Shown in pieces: positions 1-14,320 of a stretch of 64,000 nucleotides of DNA. The position numbers and the translations under genes are program-made. Source of the stretch: Octopus sinensis (taxonomy: Eukaryota); contig NC_043008.1 in assembly GCF_006345805.1 (NCBI RefSeq), positions 46,314,001 through 46,378,000 on the forward strand, given 5' to 3'. The notes under the pieces are model-generated. The model was given only the letters and a program-made list of their open reading frames with translations, searched no databases and was not told where the DNA came from. Numbering within the stretch: position 1 is the stretch's first letter; the number at the start of each line of letters is the position of its first letter.

Positions 1-772
1 AACAAAACAAAAAATAAACTATATATACACCCATACACATATAACTAATTATATATAACCATATCTAAATACATACACTAAATCACACACCTATATATAT
101 ATCCCTATACATACACATAAAAACTTTCTAGGCAACGATAAATAAATAAAATAGCCAAATACTTCAACACAATACTTATTCATACTCCCTCACACACACA
201 TACAACCCACATTCCCGCTCTAGAAACGAACATCATTTAAAATTATGAATGGAGAAATAGAATAAATGGAATTAAGAATTATATTCACTTAGTAAAACAA
301 ACATTACTTAAAAATTATGAATGAAATAATGTAATAAAATAACAGACATCGTAAATAGACATAAATTACTACGAATTCTTTAATAAAACTACCATGATAA
401 ACTAATACTCATAAAAACATATAATGATAAAATATCCCTTTACTAAACTCTATAACATACCTATATAGCAATCCCCCTAACCTAAACATTCACACACAAA
501 TACACACACGTAAACCACACACCCACGACATATACAAATACCCACCTCACTCACACATACCTGTGGGTTGTATGTGTGTGTGAGGGAGTATGAATAAGTA
601 TTGTGTTGAAGTATTTGGCTATTTTATTTATTTATCGTTGCCTAGAAAGTTTTTATGTGTATGTATAGGGATATATATATAGGTGTGTGATTTAGTGTAT
701 GTATTTAGATATGGTTATATATAATTAGTTATATGTGTATGGGTGTATATATAGTTTATTTTTTGTTTTGTT
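1..772. repeat. Perfect inverted duplication, arms 1-211 and 562-772, 350-bp spacer; left arm probably continues beyond the window start
   Basis: 562-772 is the exact reverse complement of 1-211 (e.g. agccaaatacttcaacacaatac / gtattgtgttgaagtatttggct). Strand composition flips from AC-rich to GT-rich at 562. Confidence 0.95.
225..480 (+). pseudogene. Possible highly degraded C-terminal part of a Penelope-like GIY-YIG ORF
   Basis: Weak resemblance to PLE C-terminal motifs (HHLNYEW, FNK...KYP). Many stops; lies next to a hammerhead-bearing pLTR-like segment. Confidence 0.25.
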
Positions 773-956
773 TTATATTTTTATATTTAATTGTTGATAG
801 GTTTATTTTAGTTTATATATTGTTTATATATTGATTATATATGGATTATATATAGGTTATATATAGATTATATATTTATATTTTTTCATTAATACTTTAA
901 TTATTTTAAAATTATTATTTTTATATTTTAAAATATTGATATTTTAGATTGGAAGT

Positions 957-999
957 CCACCTGAAGATTGTCGATCAGGACAAGAAACAATTGTAGTGG
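957..999 (+). ncRNA. Minimal type I hammerhead ribozyme (PLE-type), predicted cleavage after GUA at 995
   Basis: CCAC-CUGAAGA-UUGUC(GAUCAG)GACAA-GAAAC-AAUU-GUA-GUGG. Complete core, 4-bp stem I, 5-bp stem II, 2-bp stem III within the self-complementary ACAAUUGU typical of dimeric PLE hammerheads. Confidence 0.85.
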
Positions 1000-1176
1000 C
1001 GGTTTTTTTGACTTTTTATTAAAATTTTATGTATTGATTAAGTCTTTCCTTGTTTGTTTTGCAAAATAGTGGTTTTGTCTCTAATAATATTATATAATAT
1101 TTTACTATAAAATTGGATTTAATCCTAAATCTGATTTTTTTTCCCTGTAAATTTGGATTTATTCCCTAATATTTAT

Positions 1177-1281
<105 letters not shown>

Positions 1282-1539
1282 GTTTCTTCCTTCTGCTTCC
1301 TTGCTTGGCTAACCCCAGTCAATTATTTATAAAAAGGGCAAGAAATCTAAATTTGAAACATTTTTTGATAAATCCGATAAGGGAAGAAAGCTCTAAAAAT
1401 GTAAATAAGATGTAAATAAAAAATATATATATAATCATCCAACATTCCTCATTATTCGAAATATACAATATCTACACAACACTTCAAAAACTCTCTCTCT
1501 CTCTCCCTCCCCCTCCATCTCTCTCATATGTATCTATGT

Positions 1540-2620
1540 ATATATGGCAAGAAACTTAAATGAACGAATGTACTTTCATTCTACATGAATCTAAAATGGA
1601 ATCGGGAAAGACACGACTATGTCTGTTTAATTCTATGGCTGTATGAGCTAAATTACTGAAGGACAGAAATTTGAATATTATAGAAGACCATATTGAGTTT
1701 ACAATGAAATTTAATCAGAAATAAGAGTCATTTCTAGACATTTTTTAATCGTGGAAAAATAGAATGAAATAACCACTACATACACATGGATTCGAAACTG
1801 TGTTTTCTTTGTACATCCTGCCATCCTGAACGTCCCAAATTAAACATTCTTTCCACCTTAACAGGATTCGCGCAATAGTTTTAAACTGACAGAACTAGAT
1901 CAAGAATTAGACCTTTGAAACAGACTAATTCAAAGAGTGTTTCTATTAAATAGTATTGTAAATGTACTGGAAAGGACAAAATGCTTAAGGCCCAATGATC
2001 TGACAGAAATAAATTGTTTTAACACCTCGTGTTTTAATCCCTCTACTTATAGAATTATTTAATAACATGCAATACAGCATCCCTACTCTTGAAAAAAATC
2101 CTAAAATCTATACAGAATCCAAGAAAATCAACATCAAAAACAAGGGGAAAATAAAAACTTTGAAGACCATTGTTTGGCAAGGGTTTTCAAACAAGGACCC
2201 AACCCCAAAATTACTAAATGTTTTAGACCAAATTATGATAGATGCCTGTACTTAAATGAAGGTTCGGTATTCACATTTAAGGACAAATCTTAAAAATAAA
2301 AGAAAAATTTTACTTGCAGCACCTAAAATTTGATTTACACCATAACATGCTGTGGATGCATGTATAAATCCATCGGACAAACTGGTTTATCGTTTCACAG
2401 GAGATTAACGGTGCACAAGAAACAAATAAATAATGAAAAACGAGAGGAAAATATCTTGAAGCGGACATATAGCTACATACAGTTTCCTATTTGTAATTCT
2501 TTCACATTCTAAATTAAATAGTCCGTATAATTTTCTAAAATGAAACACTCAGAATACAAGAGATTCCAAATATCGACGAGAAGAAAATTGTCAATAAAAG
2601 CGAATAGTTTCACTTGTATG
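1540..2620 (+). mobile_element. Degraded Penelope-like element (RT C-terminus plus GIY-YIG endonuclease)
   Basis: Broken frames give IEFTMKF..ESFLDI and SCHPERPKLNIL. ORF 2330-2512 gives IYTITCCGC.YKSIGQTGLSFHRRLTVHKKQI, the GIY-YIG signature of PLEs. Confidence 0.8.
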
Positions 2621-3435
2621 CTGTCTTATATTTCTGAATCATAAACGTCATCTATTCTCCGTTTCAAGAATTGGTTGACGAGTCACAAAAAATATCTAAT
2701 TTGTCATGCGACGATTTGCTACAGAAAACGGAATAAACAAATCTTACGAATTACACAGCGGAAGTTGTGTTTGCGGAGGACAGCGTGGGTTTCGATTTGG
2801 AATTTTAAAATATTCCGGAGTGAACTTTCTGCACAATTTATGATCAGACAAATAATGAAGTTATCTGCAAATAGAGATAACATTGCATCATATAATTAAT
2901 TATATAACAATGTCAACAATACCAATAATATCTTGAAATGAAATGGAAATATTTTTTTCTTTTGAGATATTGCAAGATAAAACATATAATTTATCTTCGA
3001 CTATCACCTATTAGGAGGATAACAATCTCTAGTCATTGAGAAAATATTCAGCCTGCCAACTATTTAATAATGTAATTCATATATTACTTATAACAGCTGA
3101 ACGTGTGAAACCAGGGAAAGTGTCCGGTTCATTTAATTTATATCACCAATCAACATTTCATTAGAGCGACAAACAAAAGCGCGAATTCTTTATTGCACCA
3201 TTATGTAGTCTGTTGTAAAGTGTGCATCGCCTTGTAATCGTATTGTTTATATTCGTTTATATAGGTTTATTTATAGTTCAGGAATTTTGTCTCCCATACT
3301 AATTTATTATACGTATAGATATATAGATATAGATAAAAATGTGTGTGTGTGGGAGCGCATATCTGAAACACGTGTAAGTCTATAAAGCACAAATAAATGC
3401 ATAACACCCATTATTCATGCTTGATATATATATAT

Positions 3436-3545
3436 GGCCTGCTCGCTTAGCCAGCGGGGTGGCGTCATTCGAAGGCTAAAACAATGCGAACGCATTGTGA
3501 CCAGCGATGTGTAACTACATCTGATGGACTGGTCGGTCACATGAT

Positions 3546-3553
<8 letters not shown>
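3436..3553. mobile_element. SINE/LINE tail-like interspersed repeat fragment
   Basis: GC-rich island ending in cacatgatcacgtgat between (AT)n tracts. Recalled as a common octopus repeat; not verified. Confidence 0.4.
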
Positions 3554-3599
<46 letters not shown>

Positions 3600-3929
3600 C
3601 TATACGTTTCAACTACATTTACTTATCGCCCTGTTAAGAGTTCTCGTAATTGCATTTGTTCGTTAGTCGATTGGCACCTGATGAACGTAGTCATGCAAAG
3701 GAAACTCTACGTAGCATGATAAGTACATGTAGTCGAAACGTTTAGTAAGACTGTTGGATGGAATACTCTTCGTTTTGACTTTTTCTTACAAAGAAACAAA
3801 ACGGGTCAAATAGAGTCTGAGACATTGCTTAGAAAATAGTTTTCATCTTTAACCTCGTATATAGTACGCACAAGGGATTTTGACCTTTAAATTTTGGTGA
3901 AAAAATGCGAATTATACATGAGGATTTAC

Positions 3930-4335
3930 GGTATGTGTGTATGTATGTACGTATCTATGTATGTATGCGCGTATGTATGTCTGTGCGTATGTATGTATGT
4001 ACGTATCTATGTATGTATGCGCGTATGTATGTCTGTGCGTATGTATGTATGTACACGTATGTGCGGATGCATATGTTTACATGCGTATGAATGTGTGCAT
4101 GGCTATACGCATGTATATATGTATGTACGCATGTACTTACGTGCGTGTGTGAGTATTTAGGAGAGTTTGTAGACGTGTCTGTGTATATACATGTGTATGT
4201 ACATGTGAACGTATGTTTATGTACTGATATGTGTCTGTTCAAGTTGTATACATGACTGTTACTTTGTTGAAGGTTATATACACACACACATACATTTATA
4301 TAGACACACACATATACATGTGTGTGTGTGTGTGT
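3930..4335. repeat. Compound (TATG/GT)n microsatellite with an internal ~52-bp higher-order duplication
   Basis: tacgtatctatgtatgtatgcgcgtatgtatgtctgtgcgtat occurs at about 3948 and 4000. Confidence 0.85.
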
Positions 4336-5027
4336 ATTTTTCTGTCTGGCCAGCGTCTAACGGTGAATGGATACAACGTCTTAGATACATATATGCACAT
4401 AAGACTTTACTTATACATATATACAAGTACACACAATCCTATAGAAGCTTACACACACACAAATATATGTATTATCTTAAAGTATACACACATATACGCT
4501 TATTAATCTATCTATCTATCTATCTATATATGTATTTATATGACACTATTTCCAAGGACAACTGTTAAAAAACAAATTTGCTTTTCTTTATTCTTTTTTT
4601 TTATATTTCTTTACACGCACACATGTACAATACGTACATATATGTGCGTATTGTATATGCACTTTTGCGATGAGAAGGACACTTGAGCACACAAGCAGAG
4701 AAATTGTATTTGCACAGTAGCGCCCTCTATATATATATCACATCGCATTTCTACCCAGCCGTAATATATTAATATTTTTGTATTACATTATCACATATTG
4801 TTCCAGCTGACGTTTCTAAATGTCAATAAATCTTCTTAAATATTTGATTAACTTTAATTTTGTGTATAAAATGTATGTTATCCTGAAGATGTCTAACTAT
4901 TTTATTTAGTTTTGCATACACAGGCATATGTATGTGTAAATATATATATGTACATTTATATGCACACTTGTATAAAAATCTACACATATGCACACATTCT
5001 CAGATACAATTGTGCATATATATATAT

Positions 5028-5063
<36 letters not shown>

Positions 5064-5227
5064 AAATAAAACACGAAGACATACACACATAAATACATAT
5101 ACGACGGGCTTCTTTCACTTTCTGTCTACAAAAATCCACTCAGAAGGAACATGTGGTTGATAAGCACAAGCTATTTACCACTCATCTACTCTTCGCCTAT
5201 ACATACATACATACATACATACATACA

Positions 5228-5310
<83 letters not shown>

Positions 5311-5599
5311 AATATGTATATGTCTGCGTGATTAAAAAAATAACTTTTGCGATCCATTGCGTTTTATTTGTGACTAAATGTATAAATTCAAGGAATCTGA
5401 TCAGGCCATTTGTTTTGATTAACGTCTGCTCTCACGCCGTTCTTTCCTCTCTTATGCTTCCTTAATATAACGTGTATAATTATATCAGATTGGAAACTTT
5501 ATGTAGCTAATTTAATAATTCTCTAACTCAATAATTCTGAAAGAATTTTTATTATCCATCGAAAAAATATAATTTCTCGCTCATCGTATATTTTAATTT

Positions 5600-6780
5600 A
5601 ATTTATCTTCCGATATTGTCTGCTACATATTGTGACACGAACTTATGTAATATCTATCAAGATGATGGGGTTCCAGTTATTTTTTTAAAATTTCAGTTCA
5701 GATGAATGCATTGTCAAATCTTAGCCACATGTATACCGTATATTTTAGCGGAATCCTTACTCACATTCCAATATTTCGTGTTTGGGCATATTTGACGCCT
5801 ACAGTGTAAATGCTTAACGTTCAATGAGCCTTTTTGTAAAGAAGGTTACTTCGTCATCTGATCATTCTGATTTCAATTCTACGGTTCAGCATCTAAGGCA
5901 AATTACTTGTTCCATGGCTTTTAGTCGAACAATATGAATACAATTAGTCACTGTAATTAACTGAATGGCTTGTTTTTCAGTCATAACTTTCATACCTAAA
6001 CCTGACCGACGGCCTCATATTTCCTCTCTTTGCCAGTAGCAGTAAATGCCTGTGATACGAGAAGTCCATCTCTGAATATCCGCACGCTCTATTTTCCTAG
6101 TATTATAGATTCTTATTTCGTTTACTCTCTGATCAACGAGGACACCACAACACCACGCGCTTCTCCTTTTCTAATGTAGGCTACATTCATACTAGTGATG
6201 GTCATCAGTGATATAGAATAATTCAATGTTAATTTATAATTGATTCTTAATGAAATTAATAATTGCCTCATTAAAATCAGTCATCTTCAACATTGGGTCA
6301 GTTGCTGATATAACTTCATTCGATTGACGACTCAGCCAGGACAGTGGCTGAAATGACCGAAGTAGTCCTATATATAAATAGAGTCTTAATTTACATTTCT
6401 CTCTCAAAAAAACATATTCGTGAAAATTCCCAGATACTTCAGGTAGCCGTTCATTTTCCTGGCGGGATCGCACCGTCTTCTGTATAGTAGGGAACTTGAT
6501 ATTGTGAGAAATTTCGACTGCAGCACCAACTCACGTTGCCGTGCTCAAGTGTCTTCCGCAATCAATAAGATTTATTGCCTCCTTTTATAGTCTCAGATTC
6601 AGTATTGCCCGTATTCTGCATGATGTTGCCATTTTCATGAAAAGATATACGATTAATCACCATAGTTGTCATAGCCGACTCTTATTCAGGCTTTGGTTGT
6701 GCAATCGTTTCTCGTCTTGTAATTGAAAGGCAATGCTTTTGAAATACAGTGGCAGAATTTACTGAATAGTTTCGTCAGCA
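5600..6780 (-). pseudogene. Possible heavily degraded hAT-type (ZMYM1-like) transposase relic
   Basis: Minus-strand fragments FCHCISK, SGNFHEYVFL, LSRQSNEVIS and NYSISL occur in an order compatible with hAT transposases. Many stops and frameshifts. Confidence 0.3.
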
Positions 6781-6801
6781 CACAAAGAGATAGATAGTGG
6801 A

Positions 6802-6844
<43 letters not shown>

Positions 6845-7926
6845 ATGTTGAAAAAGTCGTTTCCGTTATATGCAAACAACTGCATGATGGAGCTAATGGA
6901 ACAAGAAAAGATGCTTGACCGGTCTTCATTGCTCTTTAATATATTCACTCTTTTGTATAACACATTTGTTTGAAAGAACGTGGCATTCTTCAGGACTTCT
7001 ACTTTTTTTTATCTGAACCGATGTTATAAGGTTCTATTTCATAAGACAATTGAAAGATGTAAAGTATATTCACATCGCATTCTTATTTGATATGAATTCG
7101 CTGCATGGAACGGCAGTGAGTAAAATAGAGTCTTTAGAGTTTATCAAATCCCAGGAACATGATCAATTTATTTCTAGTATCTCACAACTCGATCTTGTAA
7201 TATATAAAATCTCACATCTATGACTTGTCATGCATAGTACTTTACTGCTTGGACATTTTCCTCCATTCAGATGCCTTATATTAATGTGATCAATAGATCT
7301 CGCATAACTTATTAGCTCAATAGAAAATTCAGAATCAGTTCAATATGGCCAACACTTGGTTAAGCTATCCGTATGCCAATAGCCTTCTGAGATCGCCATT
7401 GAAATCCATGCACTCAAACGGCTTGAACTGGTGATTTGGTCGTAGGCATAACAATACGAATAATCTGAGATTAGAACTCAGTAAACACAAGCTTCAGAGG
7501 AATGTATTACTTGAGTAGAGAGCGTGATATGAGGTTAAAAAAATGGCAGTGGAACAGGAATTACGTAAGCAACTTCGTTAGCTTACAAATGTTTTTATAT
7601 TATATGTAGTAGCTGAGAGCAGAGTGCTTATGCCTCACCTTATGTATATGAACGGGCTTTGGGTATTAATAAATTGTAAGTATGACTACTCAACACAGGA
7701 TTCATGATAATTCTTAATAAAAATTCCGTTACATTTGCGGAAGCAAAGTTTACCTGTTGATAGAGTCGAGCAATTGTTCCAACTAAAATTCGAAACATAA
7801 ATGATATTCTTCTACTGAATTCAATGTTTGTGAAAATTACGGGCCGAGTATCAATTATTTTTTAAATTCTGGTTTAAAAAAATTGCTGATCTCCTTACAA
7901 AATATTTGACGACGAAAAGAAAAGAT

Positions 7927-7966
<40 letters not shown>

Positions 7967-8054
7967 CGTGTGTGTGTGTGTTGTGTGTGTGTGTGTGTGT
8001 GTGTCTGTGTGTGTGTCTGTGTGTGTGTATGGGTGGGTGTGGGTGTGTGTATGT

Positions 8055-8240
8055 ATCGGGGGAGAATTCACAAAAAAAAAACAAAAGACGAAGATAGGTG
8101 CTGTGGACAACAAACAGATGTTCGGGAAGTGAAAAGTCTTTTACGTTTCGAGCCTACGCTCTTCCACAGAAAGAAACACAGAAGGAAACAGGAGAGTAAA
8201 TAAAGAATGTGTAGTGGCTAGCGATCTATCATGGCGGATC
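8055..8240 (-). mobile_element. ~190-bp non-coding repeat (pLTR-like) with hammerhead-like motif at 8137-8174; second copy at 19755-19930
   Basis: Shares ccgccatgatagatcg...gaagagcgtaggctcgaaacgtaaaa...cacct.tcttcgtc with 19755-19930. Confidence 0.8.
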
Positions 8241-8719
8241 CAGAACAAAAGGGTCACATAGGAGAGATGGAGAGAAAGGGAGATAATAAAGTAGTGGTGA
8301 TCGCAAAACGAAGGTGCACGTGCATGTGAATAAGAGAGTTTGTAGGTGCGTGTAGAAGAGGGGTAGTGATCTTGACGTGTGTGTGTAGGTGTGAAAATGT
8401 GCGACTGGGAAGTGGTCGGTGCTGATGTGTGCGGGATGGTGTGTTGTGATATGATGTGATGTGTGGTATGGTGGTGTAAGGTGTAGTGGTGTGAGGGTGT
8501 TGGGAGGTGGAGGAGGTGAGAGTGGGTGTAAGGATGTGTGGGGTAGGATGGGGAAGGATAGGGAAGGTGGCGTGGGATGGGCTTACGAGGGAGGAATGAC
8601 GATGAAGGAGGAGAAGTTGGGTAGGAGGGAAGAGAAATAGGAGTCAGAGCAACAGGAGAGCTGGGTGAGAGGAAGTAGGTGTGAAGGGGAGAGAGGCGAA
8701 GGGAGAAGAGTTGAACCTA

Positions 8720-9228
<509 letters not shown>

Positions 9229-9320
9229 CAACTTGCAATCTCTCTGACCAACCTCTGGAGAAATTCGTATATCCTACTCTCGAAATTGGTCGAAACATAT
9301 CTAAGTTTTATCTAAGTTTT

Positions 9321-9381
<61 letters not shown>

Positions 9382-9574
9382 CATATATATATCGATCTGT
9401 ACAACTTTTTACATTCCTGTGACTAATTGATATGTAATTACTCGGAAGTACAGAAACGCATAAATTTGGCTGTAATACTTAAACCTGGGTTTTTTGCTCG
9501 AATACCACGTAATTAAATACCCTCCAAATGAGAATAAGCTTTTCCTCTCTAGGCACACGACTCAACATTTTGAG

Positions 9575-10111
9575 GGAGGCGGGTCAGTTGATTAGATCGA
9601 ACCCATACGCAACTAGTTAATCGATCCCGAAAGGATGAAAGGCAAAATCGACCTCGGCGGAATTTGAACTCAGAACACAAAGACAGACGAAATAGCTATT
9701 TATTTACTACCCACAAGGGGCTAAACACAGAGGAGACAAACAAGGACAGACAAACGGATTAAGTCGATTATATCGACCCCAGTGCGTAACTGGTACTTAT
9801 TTAATCGACTCCGAAAGGATGAAAGGCAAAGTCGACCTCGGCAGAATTTGAACTCAGAACGTAGCGGCAGGCGGAACACCTATTTGTTTACTACCTCGAA
9901 GGGGCTGATCACAGAGGAGACAAAAAGGACAGATAAACGGATTAAGTCGATTATATCGACCCCAGTGCGCAAATGGTACTTAATTTATCGACCCCGAAAG
10001 GATGAAAGGCAAAATAAGACCTCGGCGGAATTTGAACTCAGAACGTAACGGCAGACGAAATACGGCTACGCATTTCGCCTGGCGTGCTAACGTTTCTGCC
10101 ACCACGCCGCC
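9575..10111 (-). mobile_element. tRNA-derived SINE with three tandem ~184-bp body units
   Basis: Minus-strand head ggcggcgtggtggcagaaacgttagc (A box). B-box-like gagttcaaatt recurs at 9661, 9845 and 10029 (period 184), each unit with the same gaaaggatgaaaggcaaa core. Confidence 0.85.
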
Positions 10112-10528
10112 TTTCTCTAAATGCTAATAATGCTGATTGTGGCATCTCTGCGTTACATTAAAAGATATAATATATAAAATTTGCCATCCAGAATGATCTT
10201 GTAGTTACTATGGTTAACCGGCAATCTTCAGTAAATTACTGACGTGCCAGCACCAAAGCCAGCCGTATCTTTTTTTTTCTATGTACTTATGTTTTGTAAC
10301 TATTTGTTCACTAGATTCGATTTCGTCCTTTACTTTATACTTTATAACTTGTTCGTTATGTTTTTGTTACTCGCCACCTATGTCACGTCTCAACTCCCTC
10401 CTTGTCTGGCGCTGTCTGATCGCTAATATGCTAATATTTATACGATCTCTCAATGCATATATATATACACACATACATACATATATATATACACATACAT
10501 ACATACATATATATATATATATATGTAT

Positions 10529-10572
<44 letters not shown>

Positions 10573-10611
10573 GCACGCACATACTCACATACACACACAC
10601 GCACACACACA

Positions 10612-10672
<61 letters not shown>

Positions 10673-10918
10673 CATACATATATAATATCCGTTCTCACCA
10701 TAAGTGTCTCATTCCTTTGAACAAGTGTCCTACAACTATAATTCCATCATTACACACTTTACTTTGTATTGTTTGCATACAATATCATTTTCATTATGAA
10801 ATAGGCCAGTGTAGACTGTCTAGCAACCCTCACTCATAGTTTATTATACACCAATACACAAACTCTGACTCCCATCATTTATTGCGTTAAGTCTCTCTCT
10901 CTCTCTCCTCTCTCTCGC

Positions 10919-10956
<38 letters not shown>

Positions 10957-11272
10957 ATATATAATATATATATATATATATCTTGGAAGGTTTGGAGATG
11001 ATGTACAGGTATTATATATTAGAAGAAATGAGGTAATCAGAAGATCGGATAGTTTGTATTTATATATATTTATTTATATATTACATTTTTTACATATATA
11101 TCATATCACTTAGTTCATTAGTGCTTTCTCCCATTCTAGTGGGGTTTTCAAATGAAAATAAGTTCCTTTGCTGGGGATTTTAATCATTTTATAGTTTCTG
11201 GTTGTGGTGGGGAGGAATGTAAGACAGTACAAGAGGGTGAGGTGGATGGGGAGAAAGTGAGAGAGAACATGT

Positions 11273-11309
<37 letters not shown>

Positions 11310-11569
11310 TATCTGAGGTGATGCTAAAGAGAAAGAGGGGAAGGGAGAGGGAAGAGGAAGGAAAGAAGTTTTTTGGTCTGCTGGACAGGATATTGACTTC
11401 AAGGGGTTTCAGTTTTGACCACTTCACACAGTGTCATTGAGTGTGTGATTGTAGGGAGGTTAACATTGTTGGGATGGTCAGATGTCCTTTTGGGTTTTTA
11501 AGAATTCTTATCATTTTGTATGATCGTTTTGTGGAGGTGTGTGTGTCTGTCTGTCTGTGTGTGGAAAGA

Positions 11570-12190
11570 AGTAACGAGGCATCATATGTTCTTCATTGCC
11601 GGCAACCCCTAAAGCCATTAGAGTTGAAGGAAATTTTGTATGCATAACACTTTGAACTTCAGAAGGGTGTGCACATAACTATCTGTCATTTCTTCTGTTA
11701 ACTTTTTAATCTTTATCAAAGTCTTTCTCGTTTGAGAAAAAAAACAAATCAAATCTTCTTCTGCTGGATTTTTCAGTTTCTTTAAGAGCTTTTTAGACCT
11801 AATGTAGCGATTTTCTTTTGCTTTTTGTGACAAACTGAAATTTTCTTACCATACAATGTTTCTATCTGATGCCTTCGTGGACTACATTTCTGATTGCTTC
11901 TTCTGAAACATGGAGATCTTTTTTAATTGACCTCATGGATTTTCTGGAATTGTAATCAATGGGCTGTTGAACTTGCTGAATAAATTCAGGCTGTCTGTTG
12001 GTTTCAGTGCGTTTAGAATGCTTTTTATGCTTTGATACTTGTAATACGCTTCCATTTACAGTCTCTAGCTCCTTAGAAACTTCGTCGATGAAAGATCTGG
12101 AGAGCTGTAAAAAATGAGATAATCTTTAATCGCTATGCTAATCCTTTATAACCACAATAACAGCATGCCTCTTCATTTGTTGAGTAAGCT
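11570..12190 (-). pseudogene. IS630-Tc1-mariner transposase relic, maT/DD37D-like
   Basis: Fragments LTQQMKRHAVIV, SMRSIKKDLHVSEEAIRNVVHE, ENRYIRSKKLLKKLKNP, EKDFD..KVNRRNDR and SEVQSVMHTKFPSTLMALGV match the maT-type N-terminus and first-D region. Confidence 0.75.
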
Positions 12191-12406
12191 GCGTGCTTGC
12201 CTTTATTTTTTTATGGTACAAAGATTATACAGATGTGGCAAAAAATGCAATTATGACCCTACATAAGATATTTCTAATACATTACGCACGCTGTATATAT
12301 ATATATGTACATATAAATATATATATACTTATATGTAGGCACATACATACACACGCACACGCATATATAAATATATATATATATATACACATACACACGC
12401 ACATGC

Positions 12407-12442
<36 letters not shown>

Positions 12443-12702
12443 GGGTGAGTGGGAAAACGAAAGAAAGGCACTCAACCAATTTATTGAGAGTCACATTTAT
12501 GGACCAACACAGTTTGACCGAAATTTGTTACTACGATTCTTTCAACCGGGATGTTAATCGTCAGCCATTTTGAACTTGAATGGCAAAAGTTGATTGTTAT
12601 TACTGTAACGTGGGCTGCGATTGGTCAAGCAAGGTTACGTCTGAACGCACACACACGCACACATGTGTGTGCATGTGTGGGTATGCGTATGTGTGTGTTT
12701 GC

Positions 12703-12763
<61 letters not shown>

Positions 12764-13949
12764 TATATATATACACACATATATTTGCACACGGCCAGAT
12801 TCTTATATATGCAGCGCTGAGGCATTTATAATATATGATTTTATGGATTCTTTATTAAAATATATATTCAAAGTAACTTGCTGTCATACTAAAAGCATTT
12901 ACTTCTCGCTGACTCATATATAAACGCGTTTCTTTCGTAATTACATATTCATTACTTTCTGATATCCTTCAGTAATTGCTTTAATTTCCTATGAAATCGA
13001 GATTAGATTTCATTATGTTCGTGTCTGGTTCCAGCCACTGTTCTTTTTCAAAGTTGTATTCATTCCGTCCAAGTACTGTCTCTCCTTTATCACTGTGAAA
13101 TTCAGTTTGCAACATCATTCTGGTTTGAAAAATTTGGATAGAGAGTCTGATAAATAACTGCATCAAAATGAGAATAATCAAATGAGTATTACCACTAAAA
13201 ATATTACTATTCATAGTTACACAGAGAATATATACATTATAGAATATATTTGCACAGAATCTACAATACGGTAATTTAACAAAAACGTTCTCTATAATTA
13301 TGAAATAATAACTCCTGTCTAAAGTACATTTTCAATACAATCTTGTTAGATGAGTGACAGGACAAACACATATTGTGAAATATCTAAGCTGTACAAATAG
13401 GGACATAAAAGAAAATCAGAAAACCTATTTATTCAACTGTTCATTTTATATGAAATTCCTAAAGAGTCATTTATAAATTAATGATTCCGCTAGAACGGAT
13501 TTTACAAATAACATTTCCATAGATAAAAACGATATCTAACTTTGAAAACGAAAATGAAAAATCAAATCCGATACTTTTCTAATATACAAGAAACCAAATT
13601 CTTTTTTTTTTACCGCGTCTAGAACTAGAAAACATATTATAACTATATACGGCGAATCTCATATAAATTATGTGTACCGTGATTTTGAACTTCAAAAGAA
13701 ACTTGAAAACATTTGAAATAATAAAACACAGGAAATTAAATGTGTTGGACCATGAACCCGTTAACGTATCACACGTGGAACTGAAGTAACACGAATTAAA
13801 ACATTTGTTGCCGTATAGATTACAAACTTATAAACGCAGAGAAGAAAATCTTGCGAAATTAATTAAATAGCCCTATTTCTAACATTCCTATATGCTGAAA
13901 TGCGAGCTGAGACATTAAGTTCTCTAAAATGAATAGAGTGGATTTAAAG

Positions 13950-14320
13950 AGAACGCGTGGGCTAAGGCTACGCGCCTTCATTGGTCAGTTAAAGTTGAGA
14001 CAGTGTCACGTGACAACTTGGTGGGGCTGCCTGCTGGAGTCTGACAATGGGTATTTAAAGGGGGAAAATGGACAAGGCAGTCAGTCGCCCGCTGACACTC
14101 GTTGACACGAAACTGAAGGGGCCAGGGAACAGAAGAAAGAAGAAAGAAGACATGCACCCAACACCAGAGCTGAAGACACCTCCGAAAGGAGGGGCCCCGC
14201 CACGTCAAAACGGTAGGGGAGTAGGGGTCGAAACTGGACGTGGTTCCTCCTGATTATGTCTTGAGCTAACTGGATCCTATAAAAGAGCTCTTGTGGTAGC
14301 AGACCCCGAAACACGTTTTA
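13950..14320 (+). mobile_element. GC-rich non-coding repeat-like island (possible pLTR/LTR relic) with two hammerhead-like motifs
   Basis: CTGAAGA (14170)...GGGGTC-GAAAC (14230) and CTGATTA (14250)...GACCCC-GAAAC (14308), plus a CCTCC-GAAA-GGAGG hairpin. Confidence 0.35.

Noticed and set aside
3674-3745. CTGATGA...GAAACGTT hammerhead-like motif
   Set aside because: No stem I or stem II complementarity; at most a dead relic.
8490-8585. G-rich strand with several GGG runs (G-quadruplex potential)
   Set aside because: Long irregular loops within a low-complexity GT/GA-rich repeat relic; nothing specific supports function.
9235-9305. CTGGAGA...GGTC-GAAAC-ATAT motif
   Set aside because: Core substitutions and no GUH or stem I pairing.
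10170-10238. Minus-strand CTGAAGA-TTGCC...GGCAA with perfect stem II
   Set aside because: The GAAAC core strand is missing; a probable decayed hammerhead, not functional.
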